Shown: one piece after another, positions 19,303-29,513 of the stretch
How positions within the stretch are numbered: the first letter of the stretch is position 1
How the letters are laid out: each line of letters opens with the position of its first letter
Assembly: GCA_947372355.1 (NCBI GenBank)
Contig: CANBTI010000006.1
Location: 354 to 64,353 of the forward strand
Length of the DNA: 64,000 bases
Direction of reading: 5' to 3'
DNA from: Bdellovibrionales bacterium
GTDB lineage: Bacteria; Bdellovibrionota; UBA1018; CAIMNF01
Program-made: the position numbers and the translations under genes
The notes under the pieces: model-generated
What the model was told of the DNA's origin: nothing
The model's input: only the letters and a program-made list of their open reading frames with translations
Databases searched by the model: none

Positions 19303-20336
19303 GCATGAATCACGGGAAAAAAGTGGTCCTTTCTGCTGTTCAGCCCACCAATCAAATTCATATTGGAAATTATTTGGGCGCGATCAAAAACTGGGTTCAG
19401 TATCAAAATGATTATGATTGTTTGTTTTTCGCAGTAGATCTTCACTCAATCACCAGTGGAAAAGTTATTGATCCAAAAGAACTTCGCGAAAACACATATC
19501 GTGCGATTGCCACTTATGTTGCTTGTGGAATTGATCCAAACAAATCTACTCTTTTTATTCAATCTCAAGTTCCTCAGCATGCTGAACTGGCTTGGGTGCT
19601 CACTTGCAATTCAAGCATGGGTGAACTTTCGCGCATGACCCAATACAAAGATAAATCTCAAAAAGCGGGCGCTCATATTCCTGCCGGACTATTTACTTAT
19701 CCAGTGTTGATGGCTTCCGATATTCTTCTCTATAACACCCATCTCGTGCCAGTGGGCGAAGATCAAAAACAACATTTGGAACTCACCCGAGATATTGCCG
19801 AACGCATGAATTACAACTATCAGCTTGAGGGGGCTAAAACTGGTGAGAAGCCACTCTTCGTCGTTCCCGAGCCGATGATTCAAAAAACGGGCGCACGGAT
19901 CATGAGCTTGCAAGATGGTGATGTGAAGATGTCTAAATCGGATCCCACTGCCGGTGCCTGCGTATTCCTCAATGATTCGGATAAAGAGATCGAGAAAAAA
20001 TTCAAACGCGCGGTCACCGATTCTGGAACAGAAGTGAAGGCCGAAGAGCAGTCCTCAGGCTTGCGCAACCTACTTCAAATTCAAGCCTGTATTTTAGGTG
20101 AAGAATACAACGCGGTGCTTTCACGTTACGTGGGAAAACAGTATGGTTACCTCAAGGTTGATACGGCGCACATTGTAATCAACGCAATCGGCCCAATTCG
20201 CGAAAAAACCGAAGAAATCCTAAAAGATCGCACGGAATTAGATCGGATCTTGAAAGTTGGACGTGAAGCAGCCAGAGCACGTGCAGAAAAACAATTAAAC
20301 GAGGTTTACAAACGGATCGGTTTCATTCGAGAATAA
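19299..20336 (+). CDS. trpS: Tryptophan--tRNA ligase
   Basis: HIGN, YPVLMASDILL, VPVGEDQKQH, KMSKS. Confidence 0.97.
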   Translation: MSMNHGKKVVLSAVQPTNQIHIGNYLGAIKNWVQYQNDYDCLFFAVDLHSITSGKVIDPKELRENTYRAIATYVACGIDPNKSTLFIQSQVPQHAELAWVLTCNSSMGELSRMTQYKDKSQKAGAHIPAGLFTYPVLMASDILLYNTHLVPVGEDQKQHLELTRDIAERMNYNYQLEGAKTGEKPLFVVPEPMIQKTGARIMSLQDGDVKMSKSDPTAGACVFLNDSDKEIEKKFKRAVTDSGTEVKAEEQSSGLRNLLQIQACILGEEYNAVLSRYVGKQYGYLKVDTAHIVINAIGPIREKTEEILKDRTELDRILKVGREAARARAEKQLNEVYKRIGFIRE

Positions 20337-20340
20337 CGTC

Positions 20341-21141
20341 ATGAGTATGACACCAGTGACTACACGCTCTACTAGTTTCAAGATTCGTCTTGAACAATTT
20401 GAAGGTCCTTTAGATCTGATGCTCTATCTGATCCAAAGCCAAGAACTCGATGTTTCTACCGTATCGATTTCTCAAATCACCAACCAATATCTTCATGCCA
20501 TTAAGCTCATGCAAGAACTTGATTTTGAAATCGCTTCAGAATTCTTAGTCATGGCAGCAACCCTAATCCTTTGGAAGAGTAAAGCACTCATGCCGAAGGA
20601 AGACGACGCTCTGGGTGCACAAGATGAAGTGACCATGCCACTCACTCAAGAAGAGCTCGTGAAACAATTGCTCTTACGCCAACGTTATCTCGAGGCGGCT
20701 GGCCGTTTAGCACAATACCCACTTTTAAATGATGATGTGTTCAATCGCCCTACTAAGCGCCCTCCAGTAGAAAAAATCTGGAAAGAAATGAACATGTCTC
20801 AATTGAGCACCACTTATCAGGATCTATTGATTCGTGAAAATAAACGCGCTCGAATTGTGATGAAGAAGGAAACCGTATCTCTTCAAGAAAAAATTCAAGA
20901 GTTTGGACGTCGATTAAAAATAAACGAACTCACTCCATTAGACACACTCATTTCAGACAAAGCGATTCGTGGAGAATGGGTTGTTGGATTTTTGGCATCG
21001 TTAGAACTTTCACGCTTAAAACAAGTAAAAATCCACCAAGATAAAAACTTTGATCCTATTTTTGTAGAGTTGCTACAAGAAATGATCAATTTCGATTCTA
21101 AACAAACGTCAGGTTTCGATTACGTCAGCAGCGAAGGTTAA
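20341..21141 (+). CDS. scpA: Segregation and condensation protein A
   Basis: FEGPLDLMLYLI, SEFLVMAATL, FLASLEL. Confidence 0.93.
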   Translation: MSMTPVTTRSTSFKIRLEQFEGPLDLMLYLIQSQELDVSTVSISQITNQYLHAIKLMQELDFEIASEFLVMAATLILWKSKALMPKEDDALGAQDEVTMPLTQEELVKQLLLRQRYLEAAGRLAQYPLLNDDVFNRPTKRPPVEKIWKEMNMSQLSTTYQDLLIRENKRARIVMKKETVSLQEKIQEFGRRLKINELTPLDTLISDKAIRGEWVVGFLASLELSRLKQVKIHQDKNFDPIFVELLQEMINFDSKQTSGFDYVSSEG

Positions 21142-21162
21142 TTGCATTAAGGGGAAAACATC

Positions 21163-22764
21163 ATGGGAAATAACAATAAAGATAACCACGACGAAGAACT
21201 AGTAACATTCATTCCAGGATCCAGTGCAATTGATATCGGTGAAATTCGCCGAGCTCAGCAAATGCAAGATGCCGATCTTTCTGAAGACGAAGAAAAAATT
21301 GATGAAGAATTATCGCTGAACGATGAAGCAAAACTCATCATGAGCGAACTTGAAAACGATACTGAATTAAAAAAAGATGTTTTAGAAGGATACGAAGAAT
21401 CAGAAAGTAACGATAATTTAGATCGTATTGCTGTAGGGGTTGCCGTTCAAACTGCACAAGACATCGCCGGCTATGAAAAACTTTCTATGGAAGTTTCCGA
21501 TGAATTACACGCTCTCAATTTAGATCTCATTAAAGAAGACGTATTACTCGAAAGCAGCATTGCTCAAGAATTGGCTGCAGAAGCTAAAGAAAAAGCCCCT
21601 AAAGCTAAGAAATCAAAAAAAGAAAAAATTGATGCTGAATCTGCTGAAATATTAGCCGCAGCAAATGCTGAAGAAGAAGGCGTTGAACTTGAAGAAATGA
21701 GCGAGCAAGATCTTGAATTAAAAGCCGCTCTTCCTCAACAAGATGAAAACGGCGAATATCTTCAAGAAGATTTACAATCTTGCATCAGTGCACTTTTGTT
21801 TTATTCAGAAAAACCAGTGAGTCTGAAAAAAATGAAAGACATGCTCGAGATGCCTGAAGCTGAAGATGAAATCATGCTTAAAGCAATCAATGCTCTTCGA
21901 GATGAATTCACTAAATCTACTCATGGTTTTGAAATTGCAGAAATTGCTGGTGGATATCAATACCGCACCAAAATCGCTCGTGCCCCACTCCTTCGTAAAC
22001 TTGCAAAAATTCAAATCCAACGTTTATCTCGTGGAGCAATGGAATCCCTCACCATTGTTGCATTCAAACAACCTTGCACCAAAGACGACATTGATCAGGT
22101 TCGTGGAGTGGATTCATCCCATTTCATTCGTACCTTACTGGATCGTAATTTAATTGAAGTGACAGGCCGTAGTGAAGCTGCGGGTCGCCCGATGATTTAC
22201 AATACCACCAACACTTTCCTAGAAGTTTTCGGAATGATGGATCTCACCGGTCTACCTTCTCTCCATGAGATTGAAGAAATGGTTCCACAATTAGTGGCTC
22301 AAGAAGAAGGCGCTGAAGATCCTCGTGTGATCCAAATGCGTAAAATGGTTCATCAAATGAAGGAAGATTCTAATCACTTGGATTATAACTCCAAAGAAGA
22401 TGATGCGATTCTTCAAGATATCCGCGATCGTGTTAAATCCATTGATGTCACCACTCCATACCTTGCTCGTCAAAAAGCATTGGCTGCAGAAGGCATTCAC
22501 GGAGCAGATGCTGAAGATATTTTAGCGCGTGAATTTGGATTTAGCCGTGATGCACATACTGGGCTAGCTCTTGAACCAACGATTCAGGCTGAACTTTCTT
22601 TAAAATCAGCAGATGAATCCAATCCTCATGTGGAACACTCCGATCTTGGTTTACTCACGATAGAAGAAACTTCTATTGAAACTTCCGCTGAATCGATTGA
22701 AATGAATCATGTTCGCCAAGCTTTAGAAAACATGGATCTTGATTCAGGTGAAGAACATCTATGA
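21163..22764 (+). CDS. scpB: SMC-Scp subunit ScpB with long acidic extensions
   Basis: IAGGYQYRT, LSRGAMESLTIVAFKQP, IDQVRGVDS, GRPMIYNTT core; ~200-aa acidic N-terminus. Confidence 0.9.
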   Translation: MGNNNKDNHDEELVTFIPGSSAIDIGEIRRAQQMQDADLSEDEEKIDEELSLNDEAKLIMSELENDTELKKDVLEGYEESESNDNLDRIAVGVAVQTAQDIAGYEKLSMEVSDELHALNLDLIKEDVLLESSIAQELAAEAKEKAPKAKKSKKEKIDAESAEILAAANAEEEGVELEEMSEQDLELKAALPQQDENGEYLQEDLQSCISALLFYSEKPVSLKKMKDMLEMPEAEDEIMLKAINALRDEFTKSTHGFEIAEIAGGYQYRTKIARAPLLRKLAKIQIQRLSRGAMESLTIVAFKQPCTKDDIDQVRGVDSSHFIRTLLDRNLIEVTGRSEAAGRPMIYNTTNTFLEVFGMMDLTGLPSLHEIEEMVPQLVAQEEGAEDPRVIQMRKMVHQMKEDSNHLDYNSKEDDAILQDIRDRVKSIDVTTPYLARQKALAAEGIHGADAEDILAREFGFSRDAHTGLALEPTIQAELSLKSADESNPHVEHSDLGLLTIEETSIETSAESIEMNHVRQALENMDLDSGEEHL

Positions 22765-23420
22765 AATTTGTTTTAGCAATTCTTTTGCTTCTACAAACGA
22801 ATGGTGCAATCGCAAAAGTGAGAACCGATTGTTCAAATTGGGAAAAAAACTTAAAAGATATAACTGAATTATCTGGTGAAAAACTAATCACCTTTAAAAA
22901 AGATAAAAGCCTGGAAGATCTTTTACTTTTGATCCAGAAATATCCCGATGCCATTCCCTTCTCTGTAGAAACAAGAGGAAGTGAAACTCACAAACAAGCT
23001 GTGGATCGAGTTTACTCTACCGAATCTTGCTTGGATTTAACCTATTTCGATATTGTAAAACGTGTATTCAATGATCAAAAGATTAGTTCCTCTCAAAAGA
23101 AAAAGTTCTTAAATGAACTATTTTCAAGAATTGCCCGTGAAGATCAAACCTCACTCATTTCAATTCTCACACGCACAAAATTAATCACGATGGCCATTGA
23201 AAACAAAATACTGAAACTGAGTAATGTTGAATATTTTGAAATTGGATCTATCCTAAGTCAAATTCAAACCAGCATGAATCAAATTCGTGTGGAAAACGAA
23301 AGCTTAGATAAAAAACCTGATGCAGAAGCACTTTACAAAAACCTCAATAGTGAAATTAAAAACAATACCATTTTAGATCAAAAACTAATCTGGTGGGTTA
23401 AACGAGTTCAGCAGTTATAA
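22761..23420 (+). CDS. Secreted hypothetical protein
   Basis: Signal peptide; ATGA overlap with scpB. Confidence 0.65.
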   Translation: MKFVLAILLLLQTNGAIAKVRTDCSNWEKNLKDITELSGEKLITFKKDKSLEDLLLLIQKYPDAIPFSVETRGSETHKQAVDRVYSTESCLDLTYFDIVKRVFNDQKISSSQKKKFLNELFSRIAREDQTSLISILTRTKLITMAIENKILKLSNVEYFEIGSILSQIQTSMNQIRVENESLDKKPDAEALYKNLNSEIKNNTILDQKLIWWVKRVQQL

Positions 23421-23428
23421 TTTTAATT

Positions 23429-23857
23429 TTATTTAACCGTCTTTTTTTTAGTATTTTTCTTTTTAGCTGTTTTCTTTTTATTCAATTTTTTAGGTTTCGG
23501 TATTCGACCAATTCTTGGATCACCCTTTTTAATCATTTTACAAAATTGTAATGCAAATGATTCAAACTCTTCTTCTGTTTCACGCAAACATTGCCAAGCT
23601 GAGTTTTCATTTTCAAAGAAGGTCACCCCTCTCAGTATTGGAAATTTAACTTTCATCTCCAATGTGTATTCATCAGGAATACAAACCCAGATCCCAGTAT
23701 CGAGATCCATTTTTTCTTTTTTTCGCAAAACGAGAACGATCTTACTTCCCACGTAAATAGCCGTGCAGCCAAACATGGGTCTGGTATGAGTATCAAGACC
23801 TGATAATTCCTCTAAGATGAACTCATATGGCAATTGCTTCACTTTAGGTTTTTTCAT
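23429..23857 (-). CDS. TfoX-like hypothetical protein
   Basis: RPMFGCTAIY, GDPRIGRIP, Lys-rich tail. Confidence 0.6.
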   Translation of the reverse strand: MKKPKVKQLPYEFILEELSGLDTHTRPMFGCTAIYVGSKIVLVLRKKEKMDLDTGIWVCIPDEYTLEMKVKFPILRGVTFFENENSAWQCLRETEEEFESFALQFCKMIKKGDPRIGRIPKPKKLNKKKTAKKKNTKKKTVK

Positions 23858-24029
23858 ACCATTTCATCCTATCACCGACTCTAAAGCTGATAAAATGAAG
23901 AAAAAGCCGTAAAAAACATTATTCTTGTCAATAAGAGCAAGCCACGATACAACACCGCATCACAAATCAATTGCGAATATCCGCGATTCGATAACCCTGT
24001 ACTGCTGTTACAGCAGAGCGAGGAATCAT

Positions 24030-25499
24030 ATGTCTACATCTGAACGCATTCAAAAAATCATAGCCCAAGCAGGTCTTGCATCTCGAAGAGAAGCCGAAAC
24101 ACTCATTGCAGAAGGCCAAGTGACCGTTAACGGAAAAACAGCAAAATTGGGCGACAAAGCCACTCTTGGAGAAGATGCCATCAAGGTAAAAGGTAAACTC
24201 ATCCACAATGCTGAGAACAAAGTTTACTATCTATTTTATAAACCAAAAAATGTAATCGCCATGGTGAACGAAGATGAAGAAGGACGCGACACCATTAAAA
24301 ATTTCGTACGTGGAATCAATGAACGTGTGTTCACGGTTGGTCGTATGGATTTTTCTGGTGAAGGCGCAATCTTGCTTACCAATGATGGTGAGATGGCTCA
24401 AAAACTGACTAAATCAAATGATCTCATTCGTCGTTACCATGTAAAAGTAGATCGTCATCCAACTCAAGATGATCTTGATCGTTTAGGACGTGGTGGCCGT
24501 ATTGAAAAAGTATCCATGAATCCGCATCACATTCGTGTGGTTCAAGAATATGCAAAGAACGCTTTGATTGAAATTTCATTCCAAGGTTCTGGCGTAACAG
24601 AAATCCGTAAATATTTTGAAAACAAAGGATTTTTCCCTGAAAAAGTGATCCGTGTAGGAATTGGTCATTTAAAAGCAGATAAGATGAAACCAGGTGAAGT
24701 GAAAAAAGTAGATGCTACTTCTATTCAAGCACTACTCATTCAACCTGAACTCACGACAAAATTAATTGAAAATATTGTTAAAACAAAAACTAAACGCAAT
24801 GAGCATGCTGAAGAGAGATCCACTCCAGATAGTAGAGCATCAGCAGGCAGAAAAACATTCTCAGAAGTAGATAGTGAAGATCGTCCTTCACGTCGTCCGC
24901 CACGTGGTCGTCCACTTCCTGCAGAACGTGCAGCTGGTATCAAGCGTGCTCCTCGTGGTGATCTACCTACTCCACGTTTTAAAAAATCAGAAACCTCTGG
25001 AGATCGCGCTCGTGGTGATCGTCCGATGAGAAGTGATCGCCCAAGTTTTGGTGGAGATCGTAAACCTTCATTCGGAAGAGGCGCTCCTCGCGGCGGCGGA
25101 GATCGTCCTGCATTCGGAGATCGCAAACCATTCAGTGATCGAGCTCCTCGTGGATCTGTTCGTGGTGGCGGAGATCGCCCATCATTTGGTGATCGTAAGC
25201 CTTCATTCGGCAGAGGTGCTCCTCGCGGTGGTGATCGCCCAAGTTTTGGTGATCGTCCAGCACGCGGCGGCGGAGATCGTCCATCATTTGGTGATCGTAA
25301 ACCTTCATTTGGTAGAGGTGCTCCTCGCGGCGGTGATCGCCCAAGTTTTGGTGATCGCGCTCCTCGTGGTGGCGGAGATCGTCCATCATTTGGTGATCGT
25401 AAGCCTTCATTTGGCAGAGGTGCTCCTCGCGGAGGTGGAAGTGATAGACCAGCCCGCGCAGGTGGTAGAGCTGGATTTCAGCCTCGTTTTAAACGATAA
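24030..25499 (+). CDS. rluB: RluB-family pseudouridine synthase with Arg/Gly-rich repeat tail
   Basis: S4 domain (ERIQKIIAQAGLASRREAE), VGRMD catalytic Asp, position after scpAB. ATG at 24030 has a GAGGA RBS. Confidence 0.85.
   Translation: MSTSERIQKIIAQAGLASRREAETLIAEGQVTVNGKTAKLGDKATLGEDAIKVKGKLIHNAENKVYYLFYKPKNVIAMVNEDEEGRDTIKNFVRGINERVFTVGRMDFSGEGAILLTNDGEMAQKLTKSNDLIRRYHVKVDRHPTQDDLDRLGRGGRIEKVSMNPHHIRVVQEYAKNALIEISFQGSGVTEIRKYFENKGFFPEKVIRVGIGHLKADKMKPGEVKKVDATSIQALLIQPELTTKLIENIVKTKTKRNEHAEERSTPDSRASAGRKTFSEVDSEDRPSRRPPRGRPLPAERAAGIKRAPRGDLPTPRFKKSETSGDRARGDRPMRSDRPSFGGDRKPSFGRGAPRGGGDRPAFGDRKPFSDRAPRGSVRGGGDRPSFGDRKPSFGRGAPRGGDRPSFGDRPARGGGDRPSFGDRKPSFGRGAPRGGDRPSFGDRAPRGGGDRPSFGDRKPSFGRGAPRGGGSDRPARAGGRAGFQPRFKR
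25033..25432 (+). repeat. Coding tandem repeats (GGDRPSFGDRKPSFGRGAPRG and variants)
   Basis: Near-identical nucleotide units such as GGCGGAGATCGTCCATCATTTGGTGATCGTAA. Confidence 0.9.
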
Positions 25500-25517
25500 T
25501 CTTGTTAGATTAAAAAT

Positions 25518-25560
25518 AAAAAAAACGGCTAATAACTTAAATGTATTAGCCGTTTTTTTT
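25518..25560. terminator. Bidirectional intrinsic terminator
   Basis: AAAAAAACGGCTAATA-loop-TATTAGCCGTTTTTTT between convergent genes. Confidence 0.85.
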
Positions 25561-25589
25561 GATTTTCTTTTGTTCAAATACAAAAAACA

Positions 25590-25624
25590 AAAAAACCTGA
25601 ATGTGATACACATCCAGGTTTTTT
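25590..25624. terminator. Second hairpin terminator
   Basis: AAAAACCTGAATGTG-ATA-CACATCCAGGTTTTT. Confidence 0.75.
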
Positions 25625-25681
25625 CTTTCAGCAAATTTCTTGCGAAAATGCCATAAATTTTATTAGTAGAGGGGTCGGATA

Positions 25682-26140
25682 TTATCCGCCGTATCCACCT
25701 CCACCGCCGCCGCGTCCACCGCGTCCGCCGCCGTCACCACGACCGCCACCGCCGCGACCACCACGACCACCGCCACCGCCGCCGTATCCACCGCGACCGC
25801 CGCCGTCACCACGACCGCCACCGCCGCCGTATCCACCGCGTCCGCCACCGCCGCCGCCGTATCCACCGCGTCCGCCGCCACCTTCACGTGGTTGCATTTC
25901 GCGAGCTTCATTCACAGTGATGGTACGACCTTCGTACTCAGCACCATTTAATTTATCAATAGCAGCTTGTGCTTCTGTATCGTTAGACATTTCAACGAAT
26001 CCGAAGCCTTTTGAGCGACCAGACATACGATCTGTAATCACTTTTGCAGATTCAACTGTTCCGTACTGTGCGAATGTTTCTTGAAGAACTTGATCTGTTG
26101 CAGAGAACGGAAGGTTTCCTACAAAAATACGTTTACCCAT
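25682..26140 (-). CDS. RRM RNA-binding protein with RGG/Gly-rich tail
   Basis: RNP2 IFVGNL, RNP1 KGFGFVEM, GGRGGYGG repeats. Confidence 0.96.
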   Translation of the reverse strand: MGKRIFVGNLPFSATDQVLQETFAQYGTVESAKVITDRMSGRSKGFGFVEMSNDTEAQAAIDKLNGAEYEGRTITVNEAREMQPREGGGGRGGYGGGGGGRGGYGGGGGRGDGGGRGGYGGGGGGRGGRGGGGRGDGGGRGGRGGGGGGYGG

Positions 26141-26557
26141 TTTTTTTACTTAATCCATATATGAGCACAGGCTTTACCCATACTCGGTTTTTAGTTAACC
26201 AGGACTCAAATTTCACGGAGTAACGTAACAGGTCTTTACGAACTAGAACACGGACACTCTCGGAACTGAATACTGAAGACACAGACAGTTTCGCATAAAC
26301 AAGCGCAACGCGCAATCATTGATTTAGGCTCTGAACTTGCAGTTTTAATCATCAAAAAGTGATGAAATGAAAATCAAAAAAATGGAAAAATTAGGATTTT
26401 ATTTCTATAGAACTTTAGAACGCTGAGTGATTAATTTTAACGAAGTACACATAGTTCCCGTACTTTTAAACCAATATTCTTCTTTAATTACGTGCATTTA
26501 CAACGCTTCGTATTGGACGTTTTTTGAATTGAATTCAAGTCTAATCATTCTTTAACA

Positions 26558-26586
26558 TTGACAAAAAAATAGAACCGAGAGACCAT
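26558..26586 (+). promoter_or_regulatory. Sigma70-like promoter of tRNA-fMet
   Basis: TTGACA-N17-GACCAT. Confidence 0.5.
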
Positions 26587-26615
26587 TCATTCACAATTTT
26601 AATTACGTGGTTTAT

Positions 26616-26692
<77 letters not shown>

Positions 26693-26697
26693 ATTCG

Positions 26698-26739
26698 AAA
26701 AAACCCCCCTGACGATTCAATTCGTTAGGGGGGTTTTTT
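26698..26739. terminator. Intrinsic terminator after tRNA-fMet
   Basis: AAAAAACCCCCCTGACGA...TCGTTAGGGGGGTTTTTT. Confidence 0.9.
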
Positions 26740-26763
26740 ATGAACCATGGTTCCGTTCGTTCA

Positions 26764-27600
26764 TTAATCAATTGGAAAAATTTTATCTAGAACTCTAGCA
26801 ACACAGGAACGAACAGCAGTTTGGCCATAACCAAACCTTTTCGAAATATATTTTTGATTATCAAACTGCTGCTTCGGGAAAATCTTATTTAAACTTTTAA
26901 TAAAATCCTGATCTTTTTCTAATGGCTGCCTAATATATTTATATGAAAAATCAAGATATCGAACTCGGTTTGTATGAACAAATTTAGTCTCTAAAGGATT
27001 ATAATAGCCAAACTCTGCATAACCATGAAATGCCGATCTCTCCATTAGTTGTGCAAGTTCATTTGTTCCTAAATCTTTTACGCCCCAGCCTTTTAATATC
27101 AGCTCTTTTGCTAATTGATCATTTGCTTCGACAATTGCATAAGGTTTTAGTGAGTTTATTAATCCCTCTGATTTTAAATAAACTTCCGTTTGATTCACAG
27201 TTTCATTGAATGATTTTCCTGAGGTGGTCATGTCAATGAGTAAAATTTTTCTTCCTGCCAATAATTTTTTAGAAGGGAAATATTTACGAAAGTGTTGAAA
27301 TAATTTCTTCTGAACTTTTTCCTGATTGTTCGAATTAAAATTTCCCATACTACTGAGTGGTACCGTTGAAGCAATGTCAGGATGAATTTCTTGGAAAAGC
27401 GCAATGATTGGTACTGGACTACGCCCTACTCCTAAGTAGAAATATTCGTTAGGAGGATACTTTTCTAAAATTTCAAGATTGATTTCTTTCACCGACTGCA
27501 ACCATTGAGGAAGGTCACTAGCATGACCAACGCTTAGATCTAAAAAAGAACTCAGTAAAAAAACTAAAACAAATGCATTTCGAAAAATTCCGGTATTCAC
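26764..27600 (-). CDS. Secreted hypothetical protein with a PRTase-like loop
   Basis: Signal peptide; GVGRSP and KILLIDMTTSGKS; GTG start with AGAGGA RBS. Confidence 0.6.
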   Translation of the reverse strand: MNTGIFRNAFVLVFLLSSFLDLSVGHASDLPQWLQSVKEINLEILEKYPPNEYFYLGVGRSPVPIIALFQEIHPDIASTVPLSSMGNFNSNNQEKVQKKLFQHFRKYFPSKKLLAGRKILLIDMTTSGKSFNETVNQTEVYLKSEGLINSLKPYAIVEANDQLAKELILKGWGVKDLGTNELAQLMERSAFHGYAEFGYYNPLETKFVHTNRVRYLDFSYKYIRQPLEKDQDFIKSLNKIFPKQQFDNQKYISKRFGYGQTAVRSCVARVLDKIFPID

Positions 27601-27680
27601 TCCTCTACTATTCGGAATAATTAGCTAATTCATTAAAATTCAATGATTCCGTCAATTTATTAACTCATTTTAATTTTGAA

Positions 27681-28145
27681 CTACTTTTTCAATGCCACAC
27701 TCGCGATAAAAATATCCTTTGTTGCTTTACTGAGACGATCAAACAACACACGAGAAAGATGTCTATAAAATGTAGCAACGGCATAGGGATACTTTTTCAT
27801 GAAATCTTCAAAATCATTTGCCGAAAGCGAAAGACATTCACATCGAGTGTAAGCCACCACATTTGCACTTCTTGCAAAATACCCAAAAAGAACACTTTCT
27901 CCAAAATATGGATTTGAACTAGCATCAGTTCTGGCAATCACTATATTTTGTCCTTGATCATCTTTTTTGTTCACTTCTACTTGACCACTCAAAAGAAAAA
28001 ACATCCTCGGATCACTTTCTTTTTCATTAATGATAAAGTCACGAACTTGATAAGCTTCTTTCTTCATTAAGTTCGATAAAGCCTGAAGTGCTTCCGGTTC
28101 CTTTTCTAAGCCGCTAAAAAGTTCAAATTTAGTAATGTTATTCAT
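27681..28145 (-). CDS. Cyclic-nucleotide-binding domain protein
   Basis: LSGQVEV, YFGE, RSANVVA. Start moved to MNNITKF to avoid a long overlap. Confidence 0.85.
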   Translation of the reverse strand: MNNITKFELFSGLEKEPEALQALSNLMKKEAYQVRDFIINEKESDPRMFFLLSGQVEVNKKDDQGQNIVIARTDASSNPYFGESVLFGYFARSANVVAYTRCECLSLSANDFEDFMKKYPYAVATFYRHLSRVLFDRLSKATKDIFIASVALKK

Positions 28146-28500
28146 GAGACCAAATCCCAAAAAGATTTTTATCATGATCACGTAGCAATTGAAAACATCC
28201 CATTCCATCTGGGATATCCACTCTTTTACCAATCAAGGTTGCACCTAACTTTTTTGCGATAACAGTTGAAAGTGAAAGTTTTGGAACTGCAAAATACATC
28301 ACAGGAGTTTCACCCATTACCGCTTTGCCTTCTCTTATTCTTAATCCTCCAATTAACTCTTTTCCAGCTTTGATCATCAAATATTCTTCACCCATAGGCT
28401 GAAACTTCCAACCCAACAACTTTGAATAAAAATTCTTTGATTTTATTAAATTTTTAACTGGAATATCAAACCAAACAAACTCACCCTTGATCAACTTCAT
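28138..28500 (-). CDS. VOC/glyoxalase family protein
   Basis: FVWFDIPV...FYSKLLGW...YFAV...DHDKNLFGIW. Confidence 0.88.
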   Translation of the reverse strand: MKLIKGEFVWFDIPVKNLIKSKNFYSKLLGWKFQPMGEEYLMIKAGKELIGGLRIREGKAVMGETPVMYFAVPKLSLSTVIAKKLGATLIGKRVDIPDGMGCFQLLRDHDKNLFGIWSHE

Positions 28501-28566
28501 CTAAACTCTCCATTCATTCACTGTTGCAAAAGCAACTTTATTGACGCTTCAAAAATTATAAATATA

Positions 28567-28887
28567 GTGTATTCTATTATAGTGAAGCTTTTACATTTTG
28601 AAACTTTATTTATCATGATCCTCAGCATTCATCCCACTCTTGCTCAAGAGCAAAAAGTGAGCCCACTAGAGCAACCTAAGGGCAAAATCGAAAGAAAAGC
28701 TACACTGGATCCTATGACGAAAACAAAAATAATCTTTGGTAGATCCATTAGAAAAAAAATCGAACATTGCACATCTGATATTGCAGTACTAGATGAAAAA
28801 TCAAATTCTAACCTTGAAACCTTATTGCGTTTCCATGATGAAAAACATAAATCTAATTCAAGCCAATTGGATGATTCAAATATCTAG
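28567..28887 (+). CDS. Hypothetical protein
   Basis: ORF with signal-like N-terminus; no recognised motif. Confidence 0.4.
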   Translation: MYSIIVKLLHFETLFIMILSIHPTLAQEQKVSPLEQPKGKIERKATLDPMTKTKIIFGRSIRKKIEHCTSDIAVLDEKSNSNLETLLRFHDEKHKSNSSQLDDSNI

Positions 28888-28908
28888 AAGCCTTAAGGCA
28901 AATTAATT

Positions 28909-29388
28909 TTACTGAATAGTTACTTGAAGCCCGTTAGTAAAATCAATAAATTGTTTAAGCTTATTAGATAGCTCTACCCGATCCCCAGATTTTACCTTAT
29001 TGATCACCATTGGATTATCAGTATTGCAAAATCCAGAAATTTCACCAATCCATTGTTCATATTGTGAGGAGATATTTTGAGCGCGTAACAAATGACTTAA
29101 AGTATCAGCCGTGCACTCATCATTTGAGTTTTGATACACAACAAGATTAAAAATTTGAAGATCTGAAATTAGCCCACCTAAATAATAGCAAATGCGTACG
29201 TCGTCATCATGAGCAGTACCTGAGCTCATTCGTATATTAATTAATTCAGAAAGCATGCGACTATGCCTAATACTTTGAGAAATCATTCGTTTTGCATTTT
29301 CAGGGGTGGTGAAACAATCGTTTGCATTTGCTTGAACAAATCCTTGGGAAATAAAAAATAATAAAAACATTAAAAAGAATCGATTCAT
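28909..29388 (-). CDS. Secreted hypothetical protein
   Basis: Signal peptide, four Cys, GAGGAG RBS. Confidence 0.7.
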   Translation of the reverse strand: MNRFFLMFLLFFISQGFVQANANDCFTTPENAKRMISQSIRHSRMLSELINIRMSSGTAHDDDVRICYYLGGLISDLQIFNLVVYQNSNDECTADTLSHLLRAQNISSQYEQWIGEISGFCNTDNPMVINKVKSGDRVELSNKLKQFIDFTNGLQVTIQ

Positions 29389-29513
29389 CCCTACTCCTCT
29401 TACTAGAATAATTTAAAGCATATATAGCTCTAATTGAAACTTTAATCAAGATATCGATAAATTCCCCAAAGCTATTGATAGAATTCGTTCCATGTCATAG
29501 AGTCATATACAAT

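Noticed and set aside
25682-25880. Local GC spike as foreign DNA
   Set aside because: Explained by Gly/Arg codons in the RRM tail.
24740-25911. Repeats as a possible CRISPR array; overlapping ORFs 24740-25126, 25033-25656, 25132-25410, 25663-25911
   Set aside because: Repeats are in-frame coding units with no unique spacers; the ORFs are alternative frames of low-complexity coding DNA.
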